From: a virus
Lineage: Duplodnaviria > Caudoviricetes
DNA length: 64,000 bases
IMG/VR virus record: IMGVR_UViG_3300028888_000097
Location: 26,682 to 90,681 of that record
Strand: one strand, 5' to 3'
Shown: positions 29,101-39,130 of the stretch, in pieces
How the letters are laid out: each line of letters opens with the position of its first letter
How positions within the stretch are numbered: the first letter of the stretch is position 1
Made by a program: the position numbers and the translations under genes
The notes under the pieces: model-generated
The model's database searches: none
What the model was told of the DNA's origin: nothing
What the model saw: the letters and a program-made list of their open reading frames with translations, nothing else

Positions 29101-30796
29101 GGCGGACGTTTCATTTCAAGCTCCTTTCATTTCATTCGTTCCTTCAATAGATTTCTTGAATAGAATAGTATTTTCTAACTTCTCCGTCAAAATAGCCGGG
29201 ACCTCTCCAGGCGCACAGTGAAGAGTTTTCCCATTTGCGCGGAATTTCATTGCATTTCATGAGTGCGGCGAATACTTCCGATTCGGCCCCTTTCGTCATT
29301 CCAGGCCGGTAAACGGTATGCGCAATCTGCTGAAAAGTTCCGTTTTTCAGTTTGTATATACGGAGAATCCGATCTCCTTTCCGGCTCCGTTCGTCTCTTC
29401 TGTCGGTGAAATAGAATCGTTTCATTTTAATCTCCTTTCATTCAGAACGCGCCGGATTCGATGTCGGCGAGAAGGGCGGCGGCGTTCGATTCGGTCATTT
29501 CGATTTCAAGGTTGATTTGCACGTCGGTCATGAAGTTTTCAAGCATATCAGTGCGGCAATCGTCACGGAGAAGGTCAATCACAAAATCCCGGCCAAGTTC
29601 GCGCAGCCGTTCGGTCGTTATGTCCTGTTCTTCGTGTGCGTCGGCGGCTTCTGCATAGCCGAGGCAGTTCAGCTCTTCGATGTCGCGGTGGGAGAAGTAC
29701 CATTCGAGGCGTTCGCAGAATTCTTCGTAAGTCATAGCTTCCATTCCTTTCGGTTGATTTGATTTTTATGAGGAAGTCAAGCGGGAAGAGCTTCAAGCGT
29801 TCATCCCGTTTGATTCCCCCATAAAGGGGGAAAATCAGGCTATTTCATAATCATAACGGACTGTTGTGTGTTTCTCTGTCGGAATCCATAAAGTCACATC
29901 GGCGGCTGTTGTTTCCTTGTCTCCGAAGTACCGGGCGAGATATTCCTTGCATTCGTCCTCTGTTGCATATGGGATCGGAATATAATCCCATGATCCTTCG
30001 ATTTCATCCGGATCGGTCGGCTCATCCTCTCCATCATGCACATATACTTCCCGGCCCGTCCCGAAGTATAACGCTTCGACAAACCGGCAGTATTCCTGTT
30101 CATTCCGGACGTCTTCGGACGAGGGGAAGAAGATTTCGGCATAATCGCCTTGACAACTTCCGCGAATCGCATACCGGGAATATCTCTTTCCGGTAAACAG
30201 TTCCAGCAGAACGCGGGCCGGTTCTCCGTCAAATCCGTTTGAATCGGCGTCGAAAATCGCTTCCTTCCATGCGTGAATCAGGCGGGAAGAGCGTTTCTTT
30301 TCGTTCTCCCATCCGGGGAGATAATCATCAAGGACTTCCGAAACCGTCCGATATAACGTCCCGTCCGTATTCTTCGGATCAAGGTTTCGGAGATAATATG
30401 CAACGGTGTCAAGGTTTTCTTTCAGCTTCTTCCAGTCCTCCGTGAGAAAAGAGGCGCAATGGTCAAAGCCGACGACGTTCAGACCGATTTCATCACATTC
30501 GGTCATAAAATCGAAGTAAACAGAAATGTCAGTATATTCATCCCACGGCGTGAGACGTGCAAAGATTTTTTTCATTGTTCTTTCCTCCCTTATGCGACGA
30601 TTTTTCCGTCTTTTGTGATTTCAATGTATGCGGTCGGCTTTTCTCTCTCAATCAGTTTTTTCGTTTCGCTTGCTAATCCTAACGTCGGGAAATCTTCGGT
30701 ATAATCCGGCGTATTCCTGTACCAATAGGACCGGCCCGTGTATTTTGTGAGAGTGTACGGCGTTTCATTTCGGACCGTGAAAGGATATTCGATCAT
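23175..30796 (-). other. Run of about 20 short leftward hypothetical genes (approx. 23175-23393, 23418-24020, 24039-24380, 24410-24649, 24664-25182, 25204-25467, 25704-25940, 25937-26119, 26116-26316, 26331-26582, 26603-27043, 27045-27263, 27260-27505, 27530-27766, 27825-28100, 28166-28504, 28510-28698, 28700-28900, 28917-29114, 29144-29425, 29442-29744, 29835-30575, 30590-30796)
   Basis: Tightly tiled co-directional ORFs, most preceded by GAAAGGA-type RBS. The ORFs at 25937-26119 and 26116-26316 carry CxxC...CxxC zinc ribbons. Confidence 0.75.
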
Positions 30797-30857
30797 GTTC
30801 TTTCCTTTCTCCCCGTTTGGCCGATAGGTCAGCCGGATTTCAGTTCGTTCGGTTTGT

Positions 30858-32636
30858 TTACCTCTGGAAGGTATCAATCAGGGGTTCATATCCGTGCGCC
30901 CTGTGCCATTCGATCACGGTTTTCAGGAATTCTTTTGAATTCATTCCGGCGAACAGGGCTTCACTCATGTTTTCATTGATTCGGCGATATTTCAGCGTGT
31001 CCGGGATTTCGGGGAGGATCCCTTTATAGATCAGGGTTTCGCCGTTCGGCGTGAAATGCAAGCGGCGGCCGTTCCGTTTTCCCTTTGGAATGAAATCCAA
31101 TTCTGCCGCGTCTTCATACTGCGCATACCGCTGCGCGGTCAGTTTCAGCAGTTTCCCGGAAGTCTGTGCGGCTCCCATTGTCCAGGGATCAACGCGGAGA
31201 ATTGTGATTTCGTCTCCTTCGTTCAGGTTCGCCGCTTCAATCTGTTCTTTCAGCGGCGCGGGGATATAGATTTCCGGTTTTTCGAGGCTTTCCGCTTCAA
31301 TTTTTCCTTCATATACCGGCGCGGGGATCCGTTCCGTTTCGTCTGATTCGACGTAAACATAACGGGCATAGGTATAACCTTCAGGATCGACGATATATTT
31401 CAGCGTTTCGCCGTCATAGATTCCGACACAGTCCGCCATATAAATTGATACGCTTTCCCTCTGTTCGGCGGTCAGCAGGTGGAAGTCTTCGGACGATTTC
31501 AGCCGCGCGTCATTCATGCGCGTCCCTCCCTTCCCGGCGAGGAACGACCAGTCTTCAAGGAAATTCCGTTCAAAATACCGGAGCATTTCGGAATCCGTAA
31601 ACGTGACTTTCCGGGACACAATCGCATCATGCTTTTTGATGTTCTCAGGATCTTCGATCCGATCCCGGAGCGATTCGGCGGAATCCTCTTTTCCGTATCC
31701 GCCGCGCAGGTTTGTGAAAGCGATTTGTTCCGATTCGTTCAAATCTTCCACAACAACGGCGGATTCGATTTCGTGACAGTATTCGGCATGCGCGCGGGAA
31801 AAGATTTCCCGTTCATCCTGTTCCGCGTTTATCTGCCGGACGGCGGCCGCGCTTTCCTGTTCAAGCCGATCCTCTTTTGCCCGTTCTTCATCGGCAAGCA
31901 TGCGGCGGAAGTTCATGATTTCGGCGACGGTGTTTTCATCCTGTTCCGTTTCCTTGTATTCATAGGACAGTTCCACGCCGCCGTAAAGCTCATGCCGTGC
32001 GCCATAGTCCGCATAATAGTCCCCGTCGTCGGCGTCCGCCGCTTTATACAGTTTGTCAGCATAATTCAGGACGGCGGCCAATTCGGGAGAAGGTTCTTTT
32101 TTGTCCTGTCTGTCTCTCCAGTCCCAAGCGTCCGGATCACCCTTGACGGTTTCCATCGAATACGGCCCGGCCTGAATTTTCACGTTTACATGATCCAGAT
32201 ATCCGGCCCCGCCGGAAGTGACGGAAAATTTCATTTCGGGAAAACGAGCTTTCAGGACCTTGCGGAAATAGTCGGCGGCAGCGCGTTCATATCGCCAGCC
32301 CTTTTCCTTGCATTCCGTGCGGATTTCGCTTTTCACGGCGTTTTCCGTGCCGTATGCCGGAATTTTATCCGTCCGCGTCCGATCCCACAGGGACGGGAGA
32401 ACGAGAGCAGGGGACGCCTTGACGGTTTCGGATTTCTCCGCGCTCTCCGCGCTATTTGTGAGAGCATGCGCGAGAGCAAGACGGGCCGGATTCTCTTTTG
32501 CGTACCATATCCGCTTGACGTTATGCCAGCGGAAACCGGCAGATTTCAGATTTTCGCGGATTTCTTCGGACGGTTTTCCGGGGAAAGTGATTTCGATTCC
32601 GGAAAATTCGGGATTGATGGTAAAAGTGGCGTTCAT
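30858..32636 (-). CDS. Polyvalent-protein-like product with an LPD29-like domain
   Basis: N-terminal GIEITFPGKPSEEIRENLKSAGFRWH...WYAK and AADYFRKVLKARFPEMKFSVTS...VNVKIQAGP resemble domains of MGE polyvalent proteins (recognised by eye). Confidence 0.6.
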   Translation of the reverse strand: MNATFTINPEFSGIEITFPGKPSEEIRENLKSAGFRWHNVKRIWYAKENPARLALAHALTNSAESAEKSETVKASPALVLPSLWDRTRTDKIPAYGTENAVKSEIRTECKEKGWRYERAAADYFRKVLKARFPEMKFSVTSGGAGYLDHVNVKIQAGPYSMETVKGDPDAWDWRDRQDKKEPSPELAAVLNYADKLYKAADADDGDYYADYGARHELYGGVELSYEYKETEQDENTVAEIMNFRRMLADEERAKEDRLEQESAAAVRQINAEQDEREIFSRAHAEYCHEIESAVVVEDLNESEQIAFTNLRGGYGKEDSAESLRDRIEDPENIKKHDAIVSRKVTFTDSEMLRYFERNFLEDWSFLAGKGGTRMNDARLKSSEDFHLLTAEQRESVSIYMADCVGIYDGETLKYIVDPEGYTYARYVYVESDETERIPAPVYEGKIEAESLEKPEIYIPAPLKEQIEAANLNEGDEITILRVDPWTMGAAQTSGKLLKLTAQRYAQYEDAAELDFIPKGKRNGRRLHFTPNGETLIYKGILPEIPDTLKYRRINENMSEALFAGMNSKEFLKTVIEWHRAHGYEPLIDTFQR

Positions 32637-32718
32637 GGTAAAATCTCCTTTATGATATGATTTTATGGTTTAATAGCAGACGGAAAGGCCGGGACGCGTC
32701 CGGCCCTTGCGTCCGGCA

Positions 32719-33737
32719 TTAAGCCGGAAGATGATCGAGAATGATGCAGGGACCGAAACGATTTTCCGCCCGTCTGATTGCATCCTCCCGGGAGGCGGCC
32801 AGATCGAAACCGGCCCACGGTTTAGAAACGTCCCACCAGTAGGAAATATGGCCGTTCCAGAGCTTGAGCGTGATAACTTTCTTTTTCATGCCGTGATACC
32901 TTCTTTCTTAATTGAGTGATAGATTTCGAGGAATTCACAATAAGCGGAGCCGTTCAGCCGATAGAATTCGGAATTATATACCGGATCCATAGAATGAAAC
33001 AAGCGAACATGTCCGGAAAAATAGCTGTCATCGATTCCGGATTCCCGCAGGAAATGAAAACGGCGTGAAGAGCTTTCAAACGCGTTCAGGAAAGCCCGCG
33101 TAAAGTGGGACGTCTTGCAATGACGGCGCAGCAGTTCCGACTTGATTTTTTGATACATGGTAAAACCTCCTTTATTCGTAGATGTGAACTTGATCGTTAA
33201 TCACAAGCGCATTGTCGTGAACGTCGGCGTTATAAATTACATAATAGTAACCGATCCAGAATCCGACGGAAGCGGAGAGGATCAGAAAAGAAACGGCGAT
33301 GAGAAATGAAAGAAAACGGTTTTTCATGGATAAACCTCCAGATTTTGGAATGATTTGATTTTTTTCGGGAAATTTCGCCGGATGAAATTCCGTCATCCGG
33401 TCAAATCCCCCGAAAAAAGGGGGGGGAGAGGTTAAACGCGAACCGCGAAGAATGAACCGGGGACAGCATCGGCAAAACAGCCGTTTTCCTCTTCCATTTC
33501 GACGCCGACAAGCTCACCGGAAAAACCGATCCGCGCCAGAGCGTCAAGGACAGCGGAAACGTCGCAGGGAGCGACATAAGCAACGGAAACGAGATCGGAA
33601 AGAACTCTTTCCATTTGGCCGACTTTTTTTGTCCCGGAATAGATTCCGCGATAGCAACGGGAGCCGATGAAAGCGGACGCTTTTTCAGCGTTTGCAAGGC
33701 CGTCAAGGTAGACGGTATAATAGCGTTTAGTTTCCAT
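32719..33737 (-). other. First four genes of the leftward operon (32719-32889, 32886-33158, 33172-33327, 33432-33737), hypothetical
   Basis: Short ORFs with GGAGG/GAGG-type RBS; 33172-33327 has one TM helix. Confidence 0.65.
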
Positions 33738-34081
33738 GTTAAACCTCTTTTTGTGTTTATTGGTTTGTTTATCGTCGGAACCGTTCGACGTTCCCGAATC
33801 GGGAAAAATGGGAAAATGGTTTATTTTACGTCGGAACCGTTCGACGCCCCCAAAAGGGAAGGTTTTATATATTCGCGCCGCCTGTTTTACTTCTCTTTCG
33901 TCGGTCCGGACAAGTCAACGGACGGGAGCGGAGAATCACACTTTATCCGCGCAGCGCGTTTGAATTTTCAATGAACTATGTCCCTTTTCGGACTATTTCA
34001 GCGGTTTACCGGACCGCATCCAGGTTTTCAACCTCTTTCCGTCCGCGCGTCCCGCGCGCGTTCTTTTTATCTGTTGGCATA

Positions 34082-34110
34082 ATTATACCACCATTAGCGT
34101 TAAATGTCAA
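34082..34110 (-). promoter_or_regulatory. Consensus SigA promoter driving the leftward operon
   Basis: Minus strand TTGACA-17 nt-TATAAT with extended TGn -10. Confidence 0.85.
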
Positions 34111-34205
34111 TCCCTTTTTCAAAACTTTAGCGTTAAATATCGCACAACAATTCAGGCCGTTTATAGCCGCCTTTAGTGCTATATGCTGAAAAATCAAAAT
34201 CATTA

Positions 34206-34234
34206 TTGACAGCGGTTTTATTATCGTGTATAAT
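34206..34234 (+). promoter_or_regulatory. Consensus SigA promoter for the RHH gene
   Basis: TTGACA (34206-34211)-17 nt-TATAAT (34229-34234). Confidence 0.85.
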
Positions 34235-34256
34235 ACGCAAAAACGGAGATTGAAAC

Positions 34257-34511
34257 ATGGAACAAAAAGAAATCAATCGCTATAGCATGGAGTATAACAA
34301 AAACGCATATGACAGGTTAACGCTATACATCCCAAAAGGCACCCGCGCCCAGCTTAAAGCGGAAGCCGCCCGCCGTGGCTTGCAATCCGTCAACGCCCTA
34401 CTCAATCAGCTAATCGCTCAGATTCTCCCGCCCGATCTCACGGAGCCGTCCGGACAAATCCCCGAGAACGCAGAGCGGGAGACAGCCGCGCCCACGGAGC
34501 CGGAGGATTAA
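34257..34511 (+). CDS. Ribbon-helix-helix (Arc-like) DNA-binding protein
   Basis: YDRLTLYIPKGTRAQLKAEAARRGLQSVNALLNQLI fits the RHH pattern; own promoter and GGAG RBS. Confidence 0.75.
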   Translation: MEQKEINRYSMEYNKNAYDRLTLYIPKGTRAQLKAEAARRGLQSVNALLNQLIAQILPPDLTEPSGQIPENAERETAAPTEPED

Positions 34512-35039
34512 CGCCCACGGGACCGGCCCCCGCCCCCCTGTACAAGCTCCGCCGCATCCGCATTCCGATCCCGTCCCCGTCCGCGCTAATCCTCTCCGGC
34601 CAGCCGATCCCATCGGCACCCGCGACCCGCTCCCGATCCGCGCAGAATCAGCAGGACGCCCCACAGCCGCCGACCGCCGACAGCAGGACGCACACCGACC
34701 GCGCCCACCATCCCCGACCGTCAGCCGCGCCCGCAAAATGCACCAGCCGCGACAGCCCCCGACCATACGCACAGCCCCGCGCCGTCACTACCGGCACCAC
34801 CGGCACCGCCCGCGCCAGCCCCCCGCGCAGAAAACCGACGGAGAGCGGAAAAGCCGAAGGACAGCCGCGCCCGGAATCAGAGCGGAATGGAATTAAAGCA
34901 AATCCCCCGCCCGTCCCCACGAATTCCCGATAATTCCCCCCGTTTTCATCCGTTCCCGCCCGTTCCACGGAGGAAGTCCGGACAAATTGCACAGAAAAAA
35001 AGACAGAAGGGGGAGGGACTTTCTACGGGGGGAAATTTC

Positions 35040-35106
35040 CGTAAATTATAGATTAACTATAATGGAGAGAATTTATTCTCTCCCATACGTTAATCTATAA
35101 TTTACG
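35040..35106. repeat. 67-bp AT-rich near-perfect palindrome
   Basis: 18-bp perfect arms CGTAAATTATAGATTAAC (35040-35057) / GTTAATCTATAATTTACG (35089-35106), plus inner 9-bp arms GGAGAGAAT / ATTCTCTCC. Confidence 0.9.
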
Positions 35107-35715
35107 TGATCTTCTCCCCCGCCCAAATTCCCCGCTTTTTCTGCGATTTTGCGCACGTCCGACAGCCCGGAGAACGCCAGGAGCGCGCAATAATGGGATA
35201 TAATCGCGCGTTTTAAGGTTGACGGGGGTATTTTTTAACTCACTCCGCCCCATTTCCCGGCTCCCAGCCTCTTAGCACTTCCTCTCCCCCTCTATTTCTC
35301 TTCGCGCTGACTTAGCGTTGAGATGTGGAGGGTAGCGAAGGGTAGGGGAGGCATGGGTCGTGAGCTGTAGGGGGAGTGGTATGGCTGCGTATGGGGAAGG
35401 GATGGCGTAGGCGGGAGTGCATAGTCCGGTAGCGTTTGCGTGGAGTGAATGTCTCGCGTGTAATGGGTGTCTCGCGTGGAGCGATCGTCTTCGAGTGGAT
35501 GTGCGAACCGGAACTGACGGGGGAGAGACCCGGCGGAATCTGACAGATGGTGCGGAAACAAAAAAGAGCGGAGACTACCGAAGATGGCAGCTCCGCGTTG
35601 TTGCGTTGGTGGGTATTGTTGAGGTGTGAAGCGGGTACAGTTCAGCGTAGGATCGTTTAGGCCGCACCTGACCGGCATTAGGGGACCGGGGATAATATAG
35701 TTTAACGCGTAAATT

Positions 35716-36048
35716 AGACAACGGATTCGTTGTCTCGGCGTTGTCTTTTCGTTGTCTCGATGTTTGTGTAGCGAGTCCAGAATACTGGATTTGTTTGTCT
35801 GTAATGTTTCAAATATTGGACGGATTGGAGAAATATTCGGTGGGACTAATATTCGGCTGTGGAAAAGCGACAAAAAAGCCCCTCGGAACTTCGTGAAAAG
35901 TATCCAAAGGGCAATTACCGGGTAAGCGGATGGGGGGAATCGAACCTCTGCGGTTTATAGCTCTGAATCTGTTGTTTTCTTTGTTTTTCTCGTTTTTACT
36001 CGTTTGTTTGAGCGTTCGGGATGAAATTCGTTGTCTTTTTCGTTGTCT
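35716..36048. other. attP site: tRNA-3'-end core plus integrase arm-type repeats
   Basis: Minus strand 35946-35925 reads GGTTCGATTCCCCCCATCCGCT (T-loop to acceptor, tRNA-Gly-like). CGTTGTCT occurs at 35728, 35739, 35750, 36029 and 36041, and inverted at 35716. Lies just downstream of the integrase. Confidence 0.75.
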
Positions 36049-36082
36049 CGGGGTTGTATTGGGGATTGTCTGTGGTGGGGGT

Positions 36083-37129
36083 TTATTGGTTATTATTGGC
36101 AGAGGGGTTAAGGTTGTCGAGTGCGGTCATGAGGTCTTGGTTGACTTCGGATTCTTTGGAAGCGAGGTACTCTTGGTATCTCTTGAGCATGTGGTTTGTG
36201 GCGTGACCCATGCGCTCCATCTGGTACTGCTCCGGGATGTTGAGGGCGGACATGACGGAAGCGTAGTAGTGGCGGAGGCCGTGGAAGGTGCAGTTGACTC
36301 CGCACTGCTTGGCAATGGGGGTGAAGCTGGTTGTAATGGTGTTTGGTTTATAGGGCTGGTAGTTGGGGTTGTCGCGGGCTTCGGCGAGTTTGTCAAGGAC
36401 CCAGACGGGGCAGGGTACGGTACGTTCTCCGGCGGTGGTTTTGGTGTCCTTCAGGACGTAGGCGTTGTCCGGACCAATGACGAGGGCTTTGTCGATGTGG
36501 ATGAGGCCCTTGTGGTAGTCGATGTCCTCGGCGAGGTTGAGGGCGCAGATTTCGGATCTTCTGAGTCCGCAAGTGGCGGCGAGGAGGACGGGAATTTCGA
36601 GGGGGGTATTTTCTATCTCCTTGAAGAGGCGGAAAAGGGAGTCCTGTTCGGGCATATCCAGACGCTTGCGCTTGACGGAGGGGAGGCGGACGTAGATCTT
36701 GACGTTGCGCTTTGCCTCCTTGACGGCGGCGTAGAGGAGGTTCCAGCGGTTGGCGACGGTTTTGGGCTTGACGGATTCGGCGTAGGCGTCGATGGACTGC
36801 TGGCAGATCTCATCGGTGAGTTCGCCGATGGTGAGGTTCATCAGCTCGGGGAAAGCGGACCGGGCGTGTTTTTTGTAATCCTGAAGGGTTGAGGGCGAGA
36901 GATCCTTTTCCCGGCGGGCGATGTACTGCTCTACTGCCTCCCGGACGGTAAGGGACATGGCGGAGATAGTTTTCGGGTTTTCGCCCTCCAGTGCCTTGAC
37001 CTTCTCGTGGAGCTTGGCTTTGGTTGGGGCTGTCAGGTGCTTGTAGGTCTTTTTCCCGGTAGTGGGATCGACGCCGATGAAAACGGTGATCTCCCATGAT
37101 CCGGATGCGGTTTTCTTGGCGGTAGCCAT
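36083..37129 (-). CDS. int: Phage integrase (tyrosine recombinase)
   Basis: N-terminal arm-binding-type domain; CGLRRSEI, TKT, FHGLRHYYAS, MGH, RYQ catalytic motifs. Confidence 0.92.
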   Translation of the reverse strand: MATAKKTASGSWEITVFIGVDPTTGKKTYKHLTAPTKAKLHEKVKALEGENPKTISAMSLTVREAVEQYIARREKDLSPSTLQDYKKHARSAFPELMNLTIGELTDEICQQSIDAYAESVKPKTVANRWNLLYAAVKEAKRNVKIYVRLPSVKRKRLDMPEQDSLFRLFKEIENTPLEIPVLLAATCGLRRSEICALNLAEDIDYHKGLIHIDKALVIGPDNAYVLKDTKTTAGERTVPCPVWVLDKLAEARDNPNYQPYKPNTITTSFTPIAKQCGVNCTFHGLRHYYASVMSALNIPEQYQMERMGHATNHMLKRYQEYLASKESEVNQDLMTALDNLNPSANNNQ

Positions 37130-37265
37130 AAAATCCTCCTTTCTGAGTTAGGGGGTTGCTTGACAGGCGGAGGATTTCATGATAAAATCAATTCGTCCTC
37201 CGGTGACGGCGGGACATATAGGCGCGTTCAGTTCTCTTGGCGGGGGACGGACGCGCTTTTTGTTT

Positions 37266-38111
37266 TTAATAATACATTGAATCGACGATCTTAAAATCTC
37301 CGGCTTTATCGACCATGAAAAAGACGATGAAGGTGGTGCGGATTTCCGCTCCGAAACCGTTTTGAGAATCCACATAGGCGAGGATGCTGACATTGAAACC
37401 ACCCGTTTCCACATCGTCGGCTTTGGCTTTGATGAACTGAACGTCGTCAGAGTAATATTTCTCAAACTTAGCTGTGCTTGGAGATTTCAGATTCTTTTTC
37501 ACCTCTTCCTTCGCGGCGTCCCACATTTTGCTCATTAGGCTGTCCGAGAGGCTTTGGGGGATGTACGGCGAGTTTGACGATGACGCGGGGGTGGAATAAG
37601 AATACGAGGGGGTGCTGTGAACGGTCGAATTGTTTGAACTGGAAACAGACTGTGTTCGAGGGATTTCGATGTTTGTGTTTTTTCCGGAATTTGTAATTGC
37701 GTCGGTGATTACGTCGATTATGTAGAACGTAAGAAATGTCGCCAGACAGATACAGATAGTCTTTGCTGCGGTTATCATAACCGTCTTCCATTTCGGCGAT
37801 GGGTTCTCCTCGGAGACAGATTCCAAAAATGGTTTCGGAATATCCTCCTCCTCGGTTTCTTCCTCTTCCGATTCCTTGAAATCATAGTCGTCAAGCGGGT
37901 CCGGTTCTTCAGGTTCTGCTGTCGGAACGGCTCCGAGAATCAGATTGACCGGATACAATTCATGGGCTGAAGCGACGATCCGGACTTCGGCCAGTTTTGC
38001 GGCGGCGCGTAAACAGGGTTCGCAAAGATAGGCGTTGACGATTTCCGTCCCGTCGTTGATTTTGGCGGCGACCACGGCTTGTTTGCCGCAAATTGAACAC
38101 TGTCGGGCCAT
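37266..38111 (-). CDS. Membrane protein with N-terminal zinc finger (possible superinfection exclusion)
   Basis: CSIC...CEPC, acidic linker, one TM helix and a Ser-rich linker; lies between CI and int. Confidence 0.6.
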   Translation of the reverse strand: MARQCSICGKQAVVAAKINDGTEIVNAYLCEPCLRAAAKLAEVRIVASAHELYPVNLILGAVPTAEPEEPDPLDDYDFKESEEEETEEEDIPKPFLESVSEENPSPKWKTVMITAAKTICICLATFLTFYIIDVITDAITNSGKNTNIEIPRTQSVSSSNNSTVHSTPSYSYSTPASSSNSPYIPQSLSDSLMSKMWDAAKEEVKKNLKSPSTAKFEKYYSDDVQFIKAKADDVETGGFNVSILAYVDSQNGFGAEIRTTFIVFFMVDKAGDFKIVDSMYY

Positions 38112-38123
38112 AGTGATTCTCCT

Positions 38124-39032
38124 TTACGGTTCTCCCCGGATTTCGACCACTCTTCCGAGGATGCGGACGGGGAGCTTCTGGATCTGTTCGGCGGTGAAGT
38201 AGCGCGGGGGATAGGCGGGATTGTTGGACATGAGGATCATACCGCCCTGCTCGTCCCAGATGACCTTCTTGCAGGTGGCGGTATCCCCGTTGATGGCGAC
38301 GACGGCGGTCTGACCGGATTCGACGGTCTCCTGATACCGGACAATTACGCGGTCGCCGTTCTGGATGCGGGTCGCCATGCTGTCGCCCTTGATCCGGAGA
38401 GCGAAGTAGGTCCCGTTTTTGGCGGTGGAGCGGTTGATCTCCTCCCATGAGCTTTCATCGTCCGGGTCGAAGTTGTCGATCTGCTTGATGGGGATACCGG
38501 CTGCGACCTCGCCGAAGAGCTTGATCTTTACCCCGGTGCGGTCGTCGAGCGGTATTTCGGGGTTGTCGGTGAGGCCCATGAGGTAATCGTAGGTTGTTTC
38601 GAGGAGGACGGCGAGTTTATTGATGAGCTGGGTGTCCGGGTTTTCGTAACCGTCCCGGACGTCCTCCCAATAGTCCTCCGGAAGATTTAACTGAGCTTCC
38701 ACATAGTCGGGGGTCAGATGGCGGGCGATGCGGCGTTCGTTGAAGCGGTCGTAGTCGAAATTAGGTTTTGCATTATTAACGGTGGCTTTAATTGAAATGG
38801 TTCCGCCGTTCTGGAAGGTTTTTCGGTAAACGTAATCGGTTTGGTTGGTCAGGTATTCGTATGAAGTGTCGAGAAAATCAGCCACCGCGCGTATCTGATT
38901 GTCGTCCATCTTCCGTAATCCGCGTTCCACTTTTCCGAGATAGTTGGATTTTTCTCCCAACAGCTCACAGATTTTTCCCAACTTAACACCTTTCAGGGCG
39001 GCGGCATTTCGTATTCTGTTAATATTAACCAT
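38124..39032 (-). CDS. cI: CI/LexA-like repressor with two tandem HTH domains and an S24 autopeptidase
   Basis: ATG at 39032 after GAGGGGG. Two XRE-like HTHs; VAAG cleavage site; FALRIKGDSM (Ser) and ATCKKV (Lys). Confidence 0.88.
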   Translation of the reverse strand: MVNINRIRNAAALKGVKLGKICELLGEKSNYLGKVERGLRKMDDNQIRAVADFLDTSYEYLTNQTDYVYRKTFQNGGTISIKATVNNAKPNFDYDRFNERRIARHLTPDYVEAQLNLPEDYWEDVRDGYENPDTQLINKLAVLLETTYDYLMGLTDNPEIPLDDRTGVKIKLFGEVAAGIPIKQIDNFDPDDESSWEEINRSTAKNGTYFALRIKGDSMATRIQNGDRVIVRYQETVESGQTAVVAINGDTATCKKVIWDEQGGMILMSNNPAYPPRYFTAEQIQKLPVRILGRVVEIRGEP

Positions 39033-39075
39033 AATGTTCCCCCTCTGAATGTTTTGATCTTGTGGGAATAGTAGA

Positions 39076-39130
39076 AACTCCAATTTTGGACCCATCGGCT
39101 CTTGACAAGGTCCAGATTTGGAGTTATAAT
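39076..39130 (+). promoter_or_regulatory. Rightward lytic promoter with two operator-like palindromes
   Basis: TTGACA 39102-39107, 17 nt, TATAAT 39125-39130. AACTCCAATTTTGGAC (39076-39091) and GTCCAGATTTGGAGTT (39110-39125) are inverted copies (14/16), each with a TCCA-N4-TGGA core. Confidence 0.8.

Noticed and set aside
34410-35873. ORF-track calls 34410-34772, 34648-34992 and 35292-35873
   Set aside because: No RBS, low-complexity translations driven by strand skew; treated as non-coding.
35925-35946. A complete tRNA gene
   Set aside because: Only the T-loop and acceptor 3' strand are present; the 5' T-stem does not pair. It fits an attP core better.
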